Part shown: in pieces, positions 40,554 through 49,852 of the stretch
Numbering within the stretch: the first letter of the stretch is position 1
Layout: the number at the start of each line of letters is the position of its first letter
Virus record (IMG/VR): IMGVR_UViG_3300042540_000949
Location: 15,061-79,060 of that record
DNA: 64,000 bases
Source of the DNA: a virus
Strand: one strand, 5' to 3'
Position numbers and translations under genes: made by a program
Notes under the pieces: generated by a model
Databases searched by the model: none
Seen by the model: the letters and a program-made list of their open reading frames with translations, nothing else
Told to the model about the DNA's origin: nothing

Positions 40554-40583
40554 ACTATACACCCTAATCCTTGACTGTCAAGG
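40554..40583 (-). promoter_or_regulatory. 16-bp-spacer promoter (TTGACA-16-TATAGT) inside palindrome CCTTGAC-T-GTCAAGG
   Basis: -35 40581-40576, -10 40559-40554; inverted repeat 40569-40583. Confidence 0.7.
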
Positions 40584-40617
40584 AATTCCCTAAATAATAT
40601 GGACTGAGGAGTCACCT

Positions 40618-41217
40618 ATGAACACTAGGAACCATCAGTTTGTCAGTCATGTGAAAGATCATCTGGCACAGTACGGCATGCGGCTAGTAATAGGTCGTGG
40701 AAAATTGTTAAATTGTGGTGGCTACCGTTGCGAAGGTTATTTTTCAGATAAAGAAAAAATCATCAAAATTGCAAGACATGGAACAAATTTTTTGGAAACT
40801 TTGGTCCATGAATATTGCCACTTTTTGCAATATATCAGCAACTCAAAAATTTACATCAAATCCGACAAAGCAATTTTGATGGTTGATGCATGGTTTTCTG
40901 GTCAAAATTTTGATCAAGAAAAACTTCGCAAGGCATTTTTTATAGTTCGTTCTATGGAACGTGATTGTGAAAAACGAGCAATTCGAATGATTAAAAAGTT
41001 CAATCTTGAAATAGATACCAAACTCTATGCCAAGAGAGCCAACTGCTATATCTATAGTCACTTCTTGATGGAGAAGACTCGTAAGTTCTACGCCTACAAG
41101 AAGAGCCCTTATAGGAGTCCCTTGGTGCTTAAAGTAATGCCATCATCGATGGCAGTCTTGAGTCACCGCAGCATTCCACCAAAAATTTATTCTATGTTGG
41201 AATCATTCACTATCTGA
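40618..41217 (+). CDS. Zincin-like metallopeptidase domain protein
   Basis: TLVHEYCHFLQ with downstream ERDCE; TAAATA at 40591 and GAGGAG SD. Confidence 0.7.
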   Translation: MNTRNHQFVSHVKDHLAQYGMRLVIGRGKLLNCGGYRCEGYFSDKEKIIKIARHGTNFLETLVHEYCHFLQYISNSKIYIKSDKAILMVDAWFSGQNFDQEKLRKAFFIVRSMERDCEKRAIRMIKKFNLEIDTKLYAKRANCYIYSHFLMEKTRKFYAYKKSPYRSPLVLKVMPSSMAVLSHRSIPPKIYSMLESFTI

Positions 41218-41552
41218 GACTTCAGATACTTCGACACAAACTTTTTGAACGGTTGATCGCCGTAAGGCCATCTGTCGTCTTCGGCCAAAAACTTGTAGTG
41301 AACCAAAGCATCCAAATGTTCATCAAGCATTTTTAGTGTCACATCGTCAATACACCACTTAACTTCATCATCTCTATTTTGTGCTGGTGCTTCTGCAGCA
41401 TTGTGTTCGGCAACTGCAAGATCTGCAATCTTTGCGATGTTCCCAAGAATCTCCAATGACTTGGCGCATTGATAAAAAAGATCCCGCTTTACAGGATCTT
41501 CTTCTTTGCGAGCCAAGTTTCGTACTTCATAAACTAGCTCAGGGATTTTCAT
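41187..41552 (-). CDS. Hypothetical protein
   Basis: Start MKIPEL with AAGGAG SD. Confidence 0.65.
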   Translation of the reverse strand: MKIPELVYEVRNLARKEEDPVKRDLFYQCAKSLEILGNIAKIADLAVAEHNAAEAPAQNRDDEVKWCIDDVTLKMLDEHLDALVHYKFLAEDDRWPYGDQPFKKFVSKYLKSQIVNDSNIE

Positions 41553-41562
41553 GATTGTCTCC

Positions 41563-41919
41563 TTACGACAGTGTGAGGAGATACTTGGTCTTTTGTACCA
41601 ACGCAAGCATCTCGTCCTTAATATTTAACAACGAGGAATGGTTGGTTTCTTTGGGAAGTTCTTGGTTTAGATAATCTTCAAACGAATTTAATACGGAGTT
41701 TGTAGAGATTCTGGACGGTCCGTTCAGACGCAAATCCGTGACTTCCTTAATATCGTCTTTTCCATGAACACCAAAATAAGTCTCGGCAAAGTTGTCAATC
41801 ATTGGATCCAAGGCTTCATATAGTTGACCGAGAGCCATATGCTCGGCATAAGAAGGCGTACCCCAATGATGGAGTTTGATTTCGTTTTGGAAGTTCATTA
41901 GTACTTTAATGCAAGACAT
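41563..41919 (-). CDS. Ferritin/Dps-like protein (DUF5856-like)
   Basis: KLHHW.T.SYAEH.AL..LY, D.FAE.Y.G, NIKDEM...KYLLTL. Confidence 0.8.
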   Translation of the reverse strand: MSCIKVLMNFQNEIKLHHWGTPSYAEHMALGQLYEALDPMIDNFAETYFGVHGKDDIKEVTDLRLNGPSRISTNSVLNSFEDYLNQELPKETNHSSLLNIKDEMLALVQKTKYLLTLS

Positions 41920-41936
41920 TTGATATACCTTTAAAA

Positions 41937-42488
41937 TTATTTATCATTTGAATTTAATGTTTCTTTTATTGATGTAACTAGTCCCGAAATGCTTTCAGTA
42001 GCGGATTTTAAGTTAAATCCTGAACCCAATTCTGGACCAAATTTTTTCAATGGACAGGAAATAGTTGGTATGTATAGTTTTTGTGATAAAGCAGCCCTGG
42101 TTTTCCAACCACAACCACATGCGTTACACCAACCGATTGATTCTGTTTCTGGATTTATATTTTGTCTTTTCTCACAAGACATGCATATTTGTTTTCTTTT
42201 TTCAAAAACCTCTTCACTAACTTTGCCTTGAATCATCTGTGATGTTTCAGCTTTTATGTATTTTTTTGTATTTTCTATTGTTATTTGCTGTGGTAGTTGC
42301 GCATTTGGGATTTTGCTTCTTTCCTTGCACATATAACAATCCAAATCCTTTGGATTGATATTCTTTAAAGAACAAGAAACCGAACAACCAGATGATTCTT
42401 GACTCCAGTGAATACAGTTGATTTTTCTTTTAAAAATACGATTGTTGTTGCAATCATAACGATCATTTAAAAATAAATCATCTTTCAT
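41937..42488 (-). CDS. Cys-rich hypothetical protein
   Basis: KRKQICMSC, CNACGCG, CPLKKF. Confidence 0.65.
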   Translation of the reverse strand: MKDDLFLNDRYDCNNNRIFKRKINCIHWSQESSGCSVSCSLKNINPKDLDCYMCKERSKIPNAQLPQQITIENTKKYIKAETSQMIQGKVSEEVFEKRKQICMSCEKRQNINPETESIGWCNACGCGWKTRAALSQKLYIPTISCPLKKFGPELGSGFNLKSATESISGLVTSIKETLNSNDK

Positions 42489-42495
42489 ATAATTC

Positions 42496-45400
42496 TTACG
42501 TTAATGTTATTGTGCAAGTTTGTGAACCATCATAATCATCATACATTTCAGGGCAAATAAATCCATCCGAACAGATCCAACATCTTGGATTTACCATTGT
42601 TACGTTTGGATTTTCCTCAAATTGTTGCAAAGTTCTCCAAGTTCTAACCACATTTCTTTCAATAACTTCACATGGACCCGGAACAGGATCGCATGCATAT
42701 GACAGTGGACGAGCCAAACCACATCCACTTTGTCCCCAAGCCATACATGGTTGTTCTACACAACATTTTGGTAAAGGTTTTCCTTGATAATATACTGTGA
42801 TAGAATGTAACTGGGAAGCAAAATATACAATCATTTCTTCTCTTTGAATAATCTTATTTCCTTGTGGTATAAAAGATGTATTATATTCAGCAGAAATAAA
42901 AACATCACCCGGAATATTATTGTCCAAACTTCTTTTTCCACCAATCCAATAACTGTCTGGTCCTAATTGTGTTGCAACATATTTGCCACCAGAATATTGA
43001 TTGAGTTTTTGAACATAAGTACTTAACCGACACCCTGCTGCAATAATTCGTGGACCTTCATTAGAAGGTTCTCCTGTATCATTTTCACAACCCGGTCCAA
43101 AGTCTCCATATTCTCTATAAATTGGTATATATCCTGCCGGAATTGAACTATATGGTACACAACCAGGATTATCTGGATCAACTACAACACATTCAGCCAC
43201 AATAGAATAACCAGGATCTCTAAATGTTCTTTCATTTATTGCTGAAGCATCTGGTATTCCCGTTATATCTGGGACTATTCCACATGAAGCAATATAATCA
43301 AAACAACCCTCAGCCCACCCAGAACCTGCTAAACCACCAATACCAGCCGAGCCTTCATTATTAAATGAAAAATTATTTCCAAAATTATCTATTGGAAATG
43401 GGCAGTATAAAAAGAAAGTCGGAGAACCGGGTGTAGTTGGTGGATTAAAACATCCAGGTACTGGTGGTAAGTCACAATTTCCACTATCTCTGGATTCTGT
43501 ATATGTTCCAGTATTGGGATCTAAATAAGTCACATTATAAGAAGCACTGTCACTATAGGAGCCATCAAAATCACAATCACATAGTTCAATTTTGTTACAA
43601 CCAGCATCAAATGGTAATCTACCATTAAAAGAAATGCTTACATCAACTGTAGCCCTGTATGGTGATGTTCCACTCCAATATTCACGAACTTCCACGCAAC
43701 AATTTGGAGGATTTCCTTGGCCACCAGTATTGTTTTCAGGATTTGTTCCACCTTCTTGATTTTCACAATCATTGTTTTGTGGTCCATCGCCAAATGGATT
43801 AGAACAAGAATCACATGGATTTTCTAATATTACTTCTCCTATCGAACCTCTGTTATAAAATTGATCACCAAAAGGTTCCCATAAAGAAGTTTTCCAAACT
43901 AAGTAGTACCAATTGTCTTTCTTTGTATAAAATATGTCTGGATAATCATCTGGATTTTGACAAGAAATAAATGGTTCGGGACAAATTTGAACAGGTTGGC
44001 AAGGACAATTGTTTACGTTAAAGCAATTAATTATTTTGTCATCTTCATTTGTAATTTCGCATATAGGCAGAGCATACAAACCTTTGCAACAATCCGCATA
44101 AGGTCTGCAACCAATATCTGTAAATACTGCATCCTCGGGAACCAAGTAGTCGGGATCACACAAAACACCACACTGATAAGAAAGATAATACAATTCTCCG
44201 TCATACTTAAATGTTCTGTATTTTACTTCTTGAACTTCTCCTGTTGGTGTTTCGTTTGGTAAAGTAAAACCAGAAGGACCACAAGATCCACAGACACCAG
44301 TGCAAACAAATGCACCAACCCAAGCACCACCACACCCTCCACCGATTGGAAAGTCTTTTGCAGGACCCGAACTACCTCTATTTACTGCTCCCGTTGTACC
44401 CCTTCCATCTATAACTGTATCAAATCCAATTAAAGACGATCCACCACACGGATAATAACCAGATGCACCACATGAACCACATGTTCCGCAACAATTGTTT
44501 ATTTTATCACAGATATATCCAGCCTGCTCATCAGTCAAACAAATATAGGTTTTATCTGGAATCTCTGAAAGAGATTCATTACAGGGACATCGTAATGCAG
44601 CAAATTGAATGGCAATTTTTCCGGGCATTCCATTTTCTGAATTATTTTTAGGAACATAACCAACCACTCCATTTATTTGCTCCAACCCCCCAATGCTTGA
44701 AACATCAGTGGTCCAATACATAGGATCACACATATTTGGTGGACCATTATCAGTTCCTGACCTTGCCAAAGGATCTATGGTGCTGCTTCCACCACCTCCA
44801 CCAAATCCCGTTTTTCCTCCACCTCCACCACCTCTCAATCCACCGCCACCACCACCGCCACCAACAATAGATCCACGTCCACCACTAGATACTATTCCAC
44901 TTTGGGCACCACATCCACCACAACCACCCTGTGTTTGATTTCCACCAAATCCCCCATCTGGTCCGTTTGCTTTTTTTCCTGCAGTAACTCCACCATGACC
45001 TCCACCACTGCTGTCGTTTCCTGCACCACCACCTCCACCAGCAATTAAAAATGCACTTTGTGGTTGCATCATATTCTCAGAAACAAAAGCAGCACCACCA
45101 CCCCATGAACCAAATCCTTGTCCACCACCACCGGGGACGGTGGAAATATTTCCAGTCCATCCAGTTACGCTTCTGGTGGTATTTGCACCCAATCCACCAA
45201 AGCCAACACAGGCAACATAATTTTTATTGTATGGTCCTCTTTTTTGGGTATACGCTCCATTGCCTCCGGGAAGGTTTATGATTTTTCCACCACCCCCAGC
45301 ACCCCATGCTTTGTAAAGCAATCCTCTTTCTTCATCTAAAATTAAATCATAACATTTTTGCTGAATGCAGCCACCAAATCCACCATTGTAACTACCAAAT

Positions 45401-45693
45401 GCACCTCCAGAACTTTGATCAGCACAACTTATTCCTTTAATTTTAATTGGAACACTTGTATAACCAAAATCAAAATCTGGAAAGGGAAAATATGGATGCA
45501 ATATACCAAAAGGACCACAAATCCCTAAAGCAGGATTGTTTTTTAAAAGTTGTTCTATTTGGGACATTGAGGCATTACCAGCAAAACCAGTAAAGCCATC
45601 GTCATTATAACCACCAAAAAATTTAGTACCCCAATATCTACAGGGTATTGCTATCCAATGTCCTTTACCACAACAACAAGCTTTTGTTGGCAT
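42496..45693 (-). CDS. Large Gly-rich and Cys-rich protein (putative tail fibre/adhesin)
   Basis: WGAGGGG, IAGGGGG, GGGGSS glycine-rich domain; about 60 Cys; TATAAATA upstream. Confidence 0.6.
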   Translation of the reverse strand: MPTKACCCGKGHWIAIPCRYWGTKFFGGYNDDGFTGFAGNASMSQIEQLLKNNPALGICGPFGILHPYFPFPDFDFGYTSVPIKIKGISCADQSSGGAFGSYNGGFGGCIQQKCYDLILDEERGLLYKAWGAGGGGKIINLPGGNGAYTQKRGPYNKNYVACVGFGGLGANTTRSVTGWTGNISTVPGGGGQGFGSWGGGAAFVSENMMQPQSAFLIAGGGGGAGNDSSGGGHGGVTAGKKANGPDGGFGGNQTQGGCGGCGAQSGIVSSGGRGSIVGGGGGGGGLRGGGGGGKTGFGGGGGSSTIDPLARSGTDNGPPNMCDPMYWTTDVSSIGGLEQINGVVGYVPKNNSENGMPGKIAIQFAALRCPCNESLSEIPDKTYICLTDEQAGYICDKINNCCGTCGSCGASGYYPCGGSSLIGFDTVIDGRGTTGAVNRGSSGPAKDFPIGGGCGGAWVGAFVCTGVCGSCGPSGFTLPNETPTGEVQEVKYRTFKYDGELYYLSYQCGVLCDPDYLVPEDAVFTDIGCRPYADCCKGLYALPICEITNEDDKIINCFNVNNCPCQPVQICPEPFISCQNPDDYPDIFYTKKDNWYYLVWKTSLWEPFGDQFYNRGSIGEVILENPCDSCSNPFGDGPQNNDCENQEGGTNPENNTGGQGNPPNCCVEVREYWSGTSPYRATVDVSISFNGRLPFDAGCNKIELCDCDFDGSYSDSASYNVTYLDPNTGTYTESRDSGNCDLPPVPGCFNPPTTPGSPTFFLYCPFPIDNFGNNFSFNNEGSAGIGGLAGSGWAEGCFDYIASCGIVPDITGIPDASAINERTFRDPGYSIVAECVVVDPDNPGCVPYSSIPAGYIPIYREYGDFGPGCENDTGEPSNEGPRIIAAGCRLSTYVQKLNQYSGGKYVATQLGPDSYWIGGKRSLDNNIPGDVFISAEYNTSFIPQGNKIIQREEMIVYFASQLHSITVYYQGKPLPKCCVEQPCMAWGQSGCGLARPLSYACDPVPGPCEVIERNVVRTWRTLQQFEENPNVTMVNPRCWICSDGFICPEMYDDYDGSQTCTITLT

Positions 45694-45720
45694 ACAATAA
45701 TCCTTACACTTACAGATTAT

Positions 45721-46095
45721 TTATATCGTATGTATACCATCATCCATGGTGTAATAAATTTTGTGGAATACTTCCTCACACCACTTTGTGCAAACACAAC
45801 ATGGCTTTGAGTTTCTAAAGTTTCCAAATCTATTGAATCTAAAATTCAAAAGAATCAACTTTTCACCACGAAGATTCTTTGGAACTTTTCGATATGCATC
45901 CAATTCCGAATGCATATCGGAGCACCTATAACCCAAGCGCAAAGTATCGGGGTGGGTCTTAAAAACATTCTGACCCACCGCGATAACTTTGCGCTTGTAA
46001 ATTACTAGTGAAATGTGCTTCTTCTGTCTTTCCATTGCCATCGAAAGCGGCTTGGCAATGGGCATGTAATTTTGGATTACAGTATCAATGTTCAT
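45721..46095 (-). CDS. Cytidine/deoxycytidylate deaminase-like protein
   Basis: HSELDA and PCCVC zinc motifs. Confidence 0.7.
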   Translation of the reverse strand: MNIDTVIQNYMPIAKPLSMAMERQKKHISLVIYKRKVIAVGQNVFKTHPDTLRLGYRCSDMHSELDAYRKVPKNLRGEKLILLNFRFNRFGNFRNSKPCCVCTKWCEEVFHKIYYTMDDGIHTI

Positions 46096-46098
46096 TCA

Positions 46099-46404
46099 TC
46101 ACTTCGTCAGCTTCAGCTCAGGACCCTTCAGGCTCCCGCTGGGCGTGGCGATTCCCTTGTTCAAGGAATTGTCATACTGCGTCTTGAGTTCGTCAAGAGG
46201 CTCAATGCTGAAAGCAATGAATGACAGAGGAACTTGTACGCCATTCTTTGCCTTGGTGTACATCATCCATGGCATTAGACCGATTTGGCCCTGACCCACT
46301 GGAACCAAAATTGCTGGATCCTTGAGGGTGACATGGCTGTCAGTCATTTCGTAGCGTGCTAAGATCTCTTCGCCTGATACAAGTCTAAATACTTTTACGT
46401 TCAT
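46099..46404 (-). CDS. Small Sm-like T4-type conserved protein
   Basis: VKVFRLVSGEEILA, L.PW; AAGGA SD. Confidence 0.7.
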   Translation of the reverse strand: MNVKVFRLVSGEEILARYEMTDSHVTLKDPAILVPVGQGQIGLMPWMMYTKAKNGVQVPLSFIAFSIEPLDELKTQYDNSLNKGIATPSGSLKGPELKLTK

Positions 46405-46426
46405 GTGAATCCTTTTGTTAATGAGA

Positions 46427-46454
46427 ACTATACTACTTATCCTACTTTTAGCAA
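46427..46454 (-). promoter_or_regulatory. 16-bp-spacer promoter (TTGCTA-16-TATAGT)
   Basis: -35 46454-46449, -10 46432-46427. Confidence 0.6.
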
Positions 46455-46465
46455 GCATTAATACT

Positions 46466-47107
46466 ATGAAATCTTTCAAAGAATACCTAATAGAAAATCA
46501 ACAAATAAAATGCGATGTAAACGGTATCTGCAAAATTATCAGAGAATATGAATCTGCAGGCAATGAAGAAAAAATATTGGGTGTCTATAAAGACAGCAAA
46601 GGTTTGGATACCATAGGACATGGTCATTTAATTACAAAAAATTCTCCAGCAATTATTGGCAAAGCAATCAAAGACCCCAATCGTGTTAGTAGAATTTTGG
46701 CAAGCCAAGACCGAATGACTCCAGAAGAAGCAGAAAGTTTGCTGAGAATAGATGTCGAATCAAGATTGCCAACTGTTAAAAAATTAGCACCTGATTTTGA
46801 AAATTATTCACCAGAACTGCAAGCAGAACTTGCTTCAGAAACATTCAGAGGAATGACAGGCAAATCTCCAAAAGCAATGCAACATCTTCGTGCAGGACGA
46901 TTTGAAGACGCTGCACAAGAATATTTGAATGCTAAAGATTACAGAGAATCTGTTCGTGATGAAACTGGAATTGCAAACAGAATGAAAAATCTATCTGATG
47001 CAATCAGAAGGGAAGGTCAGCGTAGAGCAAAAAGTCAGGCTGCTTCAACTCAAACCACTCAGGCACCTCGCAGTTCTTCCACTTCGCAAACCGCGCCTTC
47101 TCGTTGA
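46466..47107 (+). CDS. T4-type (GH24) lysozyme with capsid-targeting-like N-terminus
   Basis: E...YKDSKGLDTIGHGHLI, AAQEYL, NR; starts MKSFKEYLIE. Confidence 0.8.
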   Translation: MKSFKEYLIENQQIKCDVNGICKIIREYESAGNEEKILGVYKDSKGLDTIGHGHLITKNSPAIIGKAIKDPNRVSRILASQDRMTPEEAESLLRIDVESRLPTVKKLAPDFENYSPELQAELASETFRGMTGKSPKAMQHLRAGRFEDAAQEYLNAKDYRESVRDETGIANRMKNLSDAIRREGQRRAKSQAASTQTTQAPRSSSTSQTAPSR

Positions 47108-47567
47108 TGTAATAATTGCGATAAGCAATAACGGCATCTGAATTTCGATACTGATCTGGCATGGCCTGAGCAAACGGAGTAAGTTTGCCTTTAGTAATGT
47201 TCGCAGGCGGATCATAAAGTTCATCCATGAGCATTTTTTCCATGACATGCACTTTGCCATAACGACGAGTGTATTCTTTGCATAGAGCGTGTGCATGCTT
47301 CCACAACCAAAGATAATTTGCACGGGTTTCTCTTGCCCAGATGGTGCAAGGATGGTTGATCATAGTGCAACGACAAATGTTTGTGTTGCCGTTGCTGAAT
47401 GTCTTGTATTCTTTCTTCTTGCCTTTGGTCATAACTGGCTCACCGTCAAGAACATGGTGAGCAGTTGAAAGCAACTGACAAGATTCTAAAATCATTTTTA
47501 CGACGTGTTTGTTACACATCATGCGAGCAGAAGTTGCTGCGTCAGGATCAAGAACAAAAATATTCAT
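47004..47567 (-). CDS. DenV-like pyrimidine dimer DNA glycosylase family protein
   Basis: MNIFVLD, HVVKM.LE..QLLSTAH, NHP..IW, EYT.RYGK.H, FAQAMP, AYR.YY. Confidence 0.85.
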   Translation of the reverse strand: MNIFVLDPDAATSARMMCNKHVVKMILESCQLLSTAHHVLDGEPVMTKGKKKEYKTFSNGNTNICRCTMINHPCTIWARETRANYLWLWKHAHALCKEYTRRYGKVHVMEKMLMDELYDPPANITKGKLTPFAQAMPDQYRNSDAVIAYRNYYINEKARFAKWKNCEVPEWFELKQPDFLLYADLPF

Positions 47568-48598
47568 ACTTCGTTGGTCTCAAAAATGCTGTTAATGGTG
47601 CGATTGACTTTGATTAGTTTACCATTGGAATACAGAGAAGGCAAGTCAAAAGCGCCAACATAAGAACAAGCCGAGCGAATACCACCAAAAATTTCTTGTA
47701 CCGTATTGCGTACAGATCCACGATATGGGACCTCCACAGTGCGTCCTTCGGATGCACGATAATCGGAAAGCCCACCGCTGTATTTTTCATTCGCAGTTCG
47801 ACTGCTCATTCCATAATGCAACATTGTGAGCTCTCCATGCTCCTTGTGTCGAATCTCTCCACCACACTCGTCATGGCCAGTGAACATCCCACCAGCCATG
47901 ACGAAAGCCGAACCAGCGACAAATGCTTTTGCAAAGTCACCGGGATAATTTATTCCGCCGTCAGCAACGATCCCAATACCGTATGCTTCGGCTGTTTCCA
48001 CACACTCTAGCACTGCGGAGAGTTGGGGATATCCCACCCCTGCCACTCGCCGGGTCAGACACATCGATCCCGAGCCGATTCCCACTTTTACTAGGTCTGC
48101 GCCAGCCGTTGACAACGCCTCTACCCCCTCTGGGGTCACAACATTCCCTGCAATCAATATTGACTTGGGCCATTTCTCTCTCACCTTTCTTGTAAAGTTA
48201 TGAAACTCCGTCATGTAACCATTTGCCACATCAAGGCAAATGAAAGTCGGGTCATGAATCTCGGATGTATCAACGAACAGTTTGCTGTCGGAATCCAATC
48301 CAAGAGTCAAAGAAACATAGGGTTCTTTTTCAGGATGCATATTCACAAAAGCAGAATAATAATTTCCACCCTTGCGAAGGCAAGTGATCATTTTGTACTC
48401 CGCAAGAACCTCTGCCATCTTGTGAGTTCCAACTGTTGACATGTTTGCTGCCATGATTGGAATTCCTCTCCAAGAAGATCCACACTTAAATGTGGTCTCC
48501 ACTTCAAGATTCACTTCTTTGCGAGACTTAACATCCGAAAGCGATGGCACGATAAGCACATCGGAATAATCCAATTTGGGTTCGTAGTTGACAATCAT
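47564..48598 (-). CDS. guaC: GMP reductase
   Basis: LDYSDVL, AANM, DVANGY, AGNVVT, KVGIGSGSMC.TR, YRASEG. Confidence 0.93.
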   Translation of the reverse strand: MIVNYEPKLDYSDVLIVPSLSDVKSRKEVNLEVETTFKCGSSWRGIPIMAANMSTVGTHKMAEVLAEYKMITCLRKGGNYYSAFVNMHPEKEPYVSLTLGLDSDSKLFVDTSEIHDPTFICLDVANGYMTEFHNFTRKVREKWPKSILIAGNVVTPEGVEALSTAGADLVKVGIGSGSMCLTRRVAGVGYPQLSAVLECVETAEAYGIGIVADGGINYPGDFAKAFVAGSAFVMAGGMFTGHDECGGEIRHKEHGELTMLHYGMSSRTANEKYSGGLSDYRASEGRTVEVPYRGSVRNTVQEIFGGIRSACSYVGAFDLPSLYSNGKLIKVNRTINSIFETNEV

Positions 48599-48605
48599 TT
48601 TTCAA

Positions 48606-48633
48606 AATATATCACTCAAAACAGATCTGTCAA
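48606..48633 (-). promoter_or_regulatory. 16-bp-spacer leaderless promoter of guaC (TTGACA-16-TATATT-7-ATG)
   Basis: -35 48633-48628, -10 48611-48606, ATG 48598. Confidence 0.7.
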
Positions 48634-48813
48634 TTATTTGTCGTAGTTTTCGATTCTCATTATTGCGTCCCGAAGATTCAACATCTTCTGTGCTAGTTCT
48701 TTGGACGTAATTTTACCCCGAAGATAATCCTCATATTTCGAAAGAATGATCTTCGATTCTCTGAAGAGAACAGCATGAAGGTGAGTAATGCTTTGGGAAT
48801 CATCGGATGGCAC
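48634..48813 (-). CDS. Hypothetical 59-aa protein (GTG start)
   Basis: Manual ORF MPSDDSQSITHLHAVLFRESKIILSKYEDYLRG...; GTG 5 nt after TAAATA; fills the gap exactly. Confidence 0.55.
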   Translation of the reverse strand: MPSDDSQSITHLHAVLFRESKIILSKYEDYLRGKITSKELAQKMLNLRDAIMRIENYDK

Positions 48814-48821
48814 AAAACTAT

Positions 48822-49373
48822 TTATTCAAGTTCGATTGTGTCATCACGAACAAACTTGATAACACGGTCCATGTAGAAAGAACGCCATCCTTGTTTGTCA
48901 ATGTCCCAAACAACAACCCTGTCACCCTTCAACGGACTGAAAAAGTTCAATCTTGTCTGATATTCGCTTGTAGGCATTGCAGAACGATCAAGTGTTCCGG
49001 TAATTCTTCCAACAGAGCCATCTATTTTCATGAAAATGACTGTGCAAACACCAGAAAGTGCTTCCATTATGACTTCTTGCGGTGAAATGTGGTCTGTTTT
49101 GTATGATGCGTCCTCTGTTATAACAGTAACATCCATGATATAATCGACCGAAGGGTCATATATAGTTGAAGTTTGACCAATTTTATGGTGTCTTAGGTAA
49201 TGTTCGTATGATCCATACGCCTTTTCAATGTATTTGATGTAAGTTTGATCGTGACTTTTTAATCTTTCATATGTTTTTTCTTGTTCTTGACTTCCCGCGT
49301 AATCACCAGCAAAGGATTTTTCAAATCCTTCTCCTTGAAACTGCCTGTCAAAGTTTGGAACTTGCTCTGCCAT
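48822..49373 (-). CDS. WYL_2 (DUF2693, SH3/Sm-like) domain protein
   Basis: V.FMKIDGS...GTL, VWDIDKQGWRSF..DRV. Confidence 0.75.
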   Translation of the reverse strand: MAEQVPNFDRQFQGEGFEKSFAGDYAGSQEQEKTYERLKSHDQTYIKYIEKAYGSYEHYLRHHKIGQTSTIYDPSVDYIMDVTVITEDASYKTDHISPQEVIMEALSGVCTVIFMKIDGSVGRITGTLDRSAMPTSEYQTRLNFFSPLKGDRVVVWDIDKQGWRSFYMDRVIKFVRDDTIELE

Positions 49374-49618
49374 CAGAACTTAATAAGGAACATGTCCTTA
49401 CGAGTCTCCATTTCTTCATACTTTAAGTCAGCGCTTCTGACTTCAGCCATAAATTTTTGAAAAAGAAACACTGGAATCTTTACATAGACGGTAGTGAATG
49501 GAAATTTTTTGTCTTCCATCACTGAAAGAACAAGATTCTGCATTTCAGATTGAATGTCTTTGATGTTTCCCCCAACAACGTAGCTGATTCCGTAAATATT
49601 TTGGAAACGATGAACCAT
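49373..49618 (-). CDS. Hypothetical protein
   Basis: TAAATA 7 nt before ATG. Confidence 0.55.
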   Translation of the reverse strand: MVHRFQNIYGISYVVGGNIKDIQSEMQNLVLSVMEDKKFPFTTVYVKIPVFLFQKFMAEVRSADLKYEEMETRKDMFLIKF

Positions 49619-49641
49619 TCTATGATATTTATTGAAAAAAC

Positions 49642-49830
49642 TCAGTGAAATCTGTGTTCTTGTGGTTTAAAATCTTGAAGCAATGCCCCTCTAGCGTCAG
49701 TTTTTGGCGTTACTTGCTGAGGAGACATTGCCATTGGCTTCTCTGGATCAATAAATTGCAAAGGAGATGGACGATTTTTATGCTTTTGATGCACTGCACG
49801 AATGGTATCTTCCAAAGATTTGTTCTTCAT
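49642..49830 (-). CDS. Hypothetical protein
   Basis: ATG 5 nt from palindromic late promoter. Confidence 0.55.
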   Translation of the reverse strand: MKNKSLEDTIRAVHQKHKNRPSPLQFIDPEKPMAMSPQQVTPKTDARGALLQDFKPQEHRFH

Positions 49831-49835
49831 ATGAA

Positions 49836-49847
49836 TATTTATAAATA
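49836..49847. promoter_or_regulatory. Palindromic bidirectional late promoter TATTTATAAATA
   Basis: T4 late consensus TATAAATA on both strands, ATG 5 nt away on each side. Confidence 0.75.
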
Positions 49848-49852
49848 CTTTT

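Noticed and set aside
44690-45340. Pro-rich plus-strand ORFs and CCA repeats as a separate element
   Set aside because: Antisense of the polyglycine codons of the 1065-aa gene.
11432-48598. Stop-codon reassignment, introns or inteins in core genes
   Set aside because: gp17, gp20, gp23, uvsW and gp32 are intact and of normal length in the standard code; no suppressor tRNA in the window.
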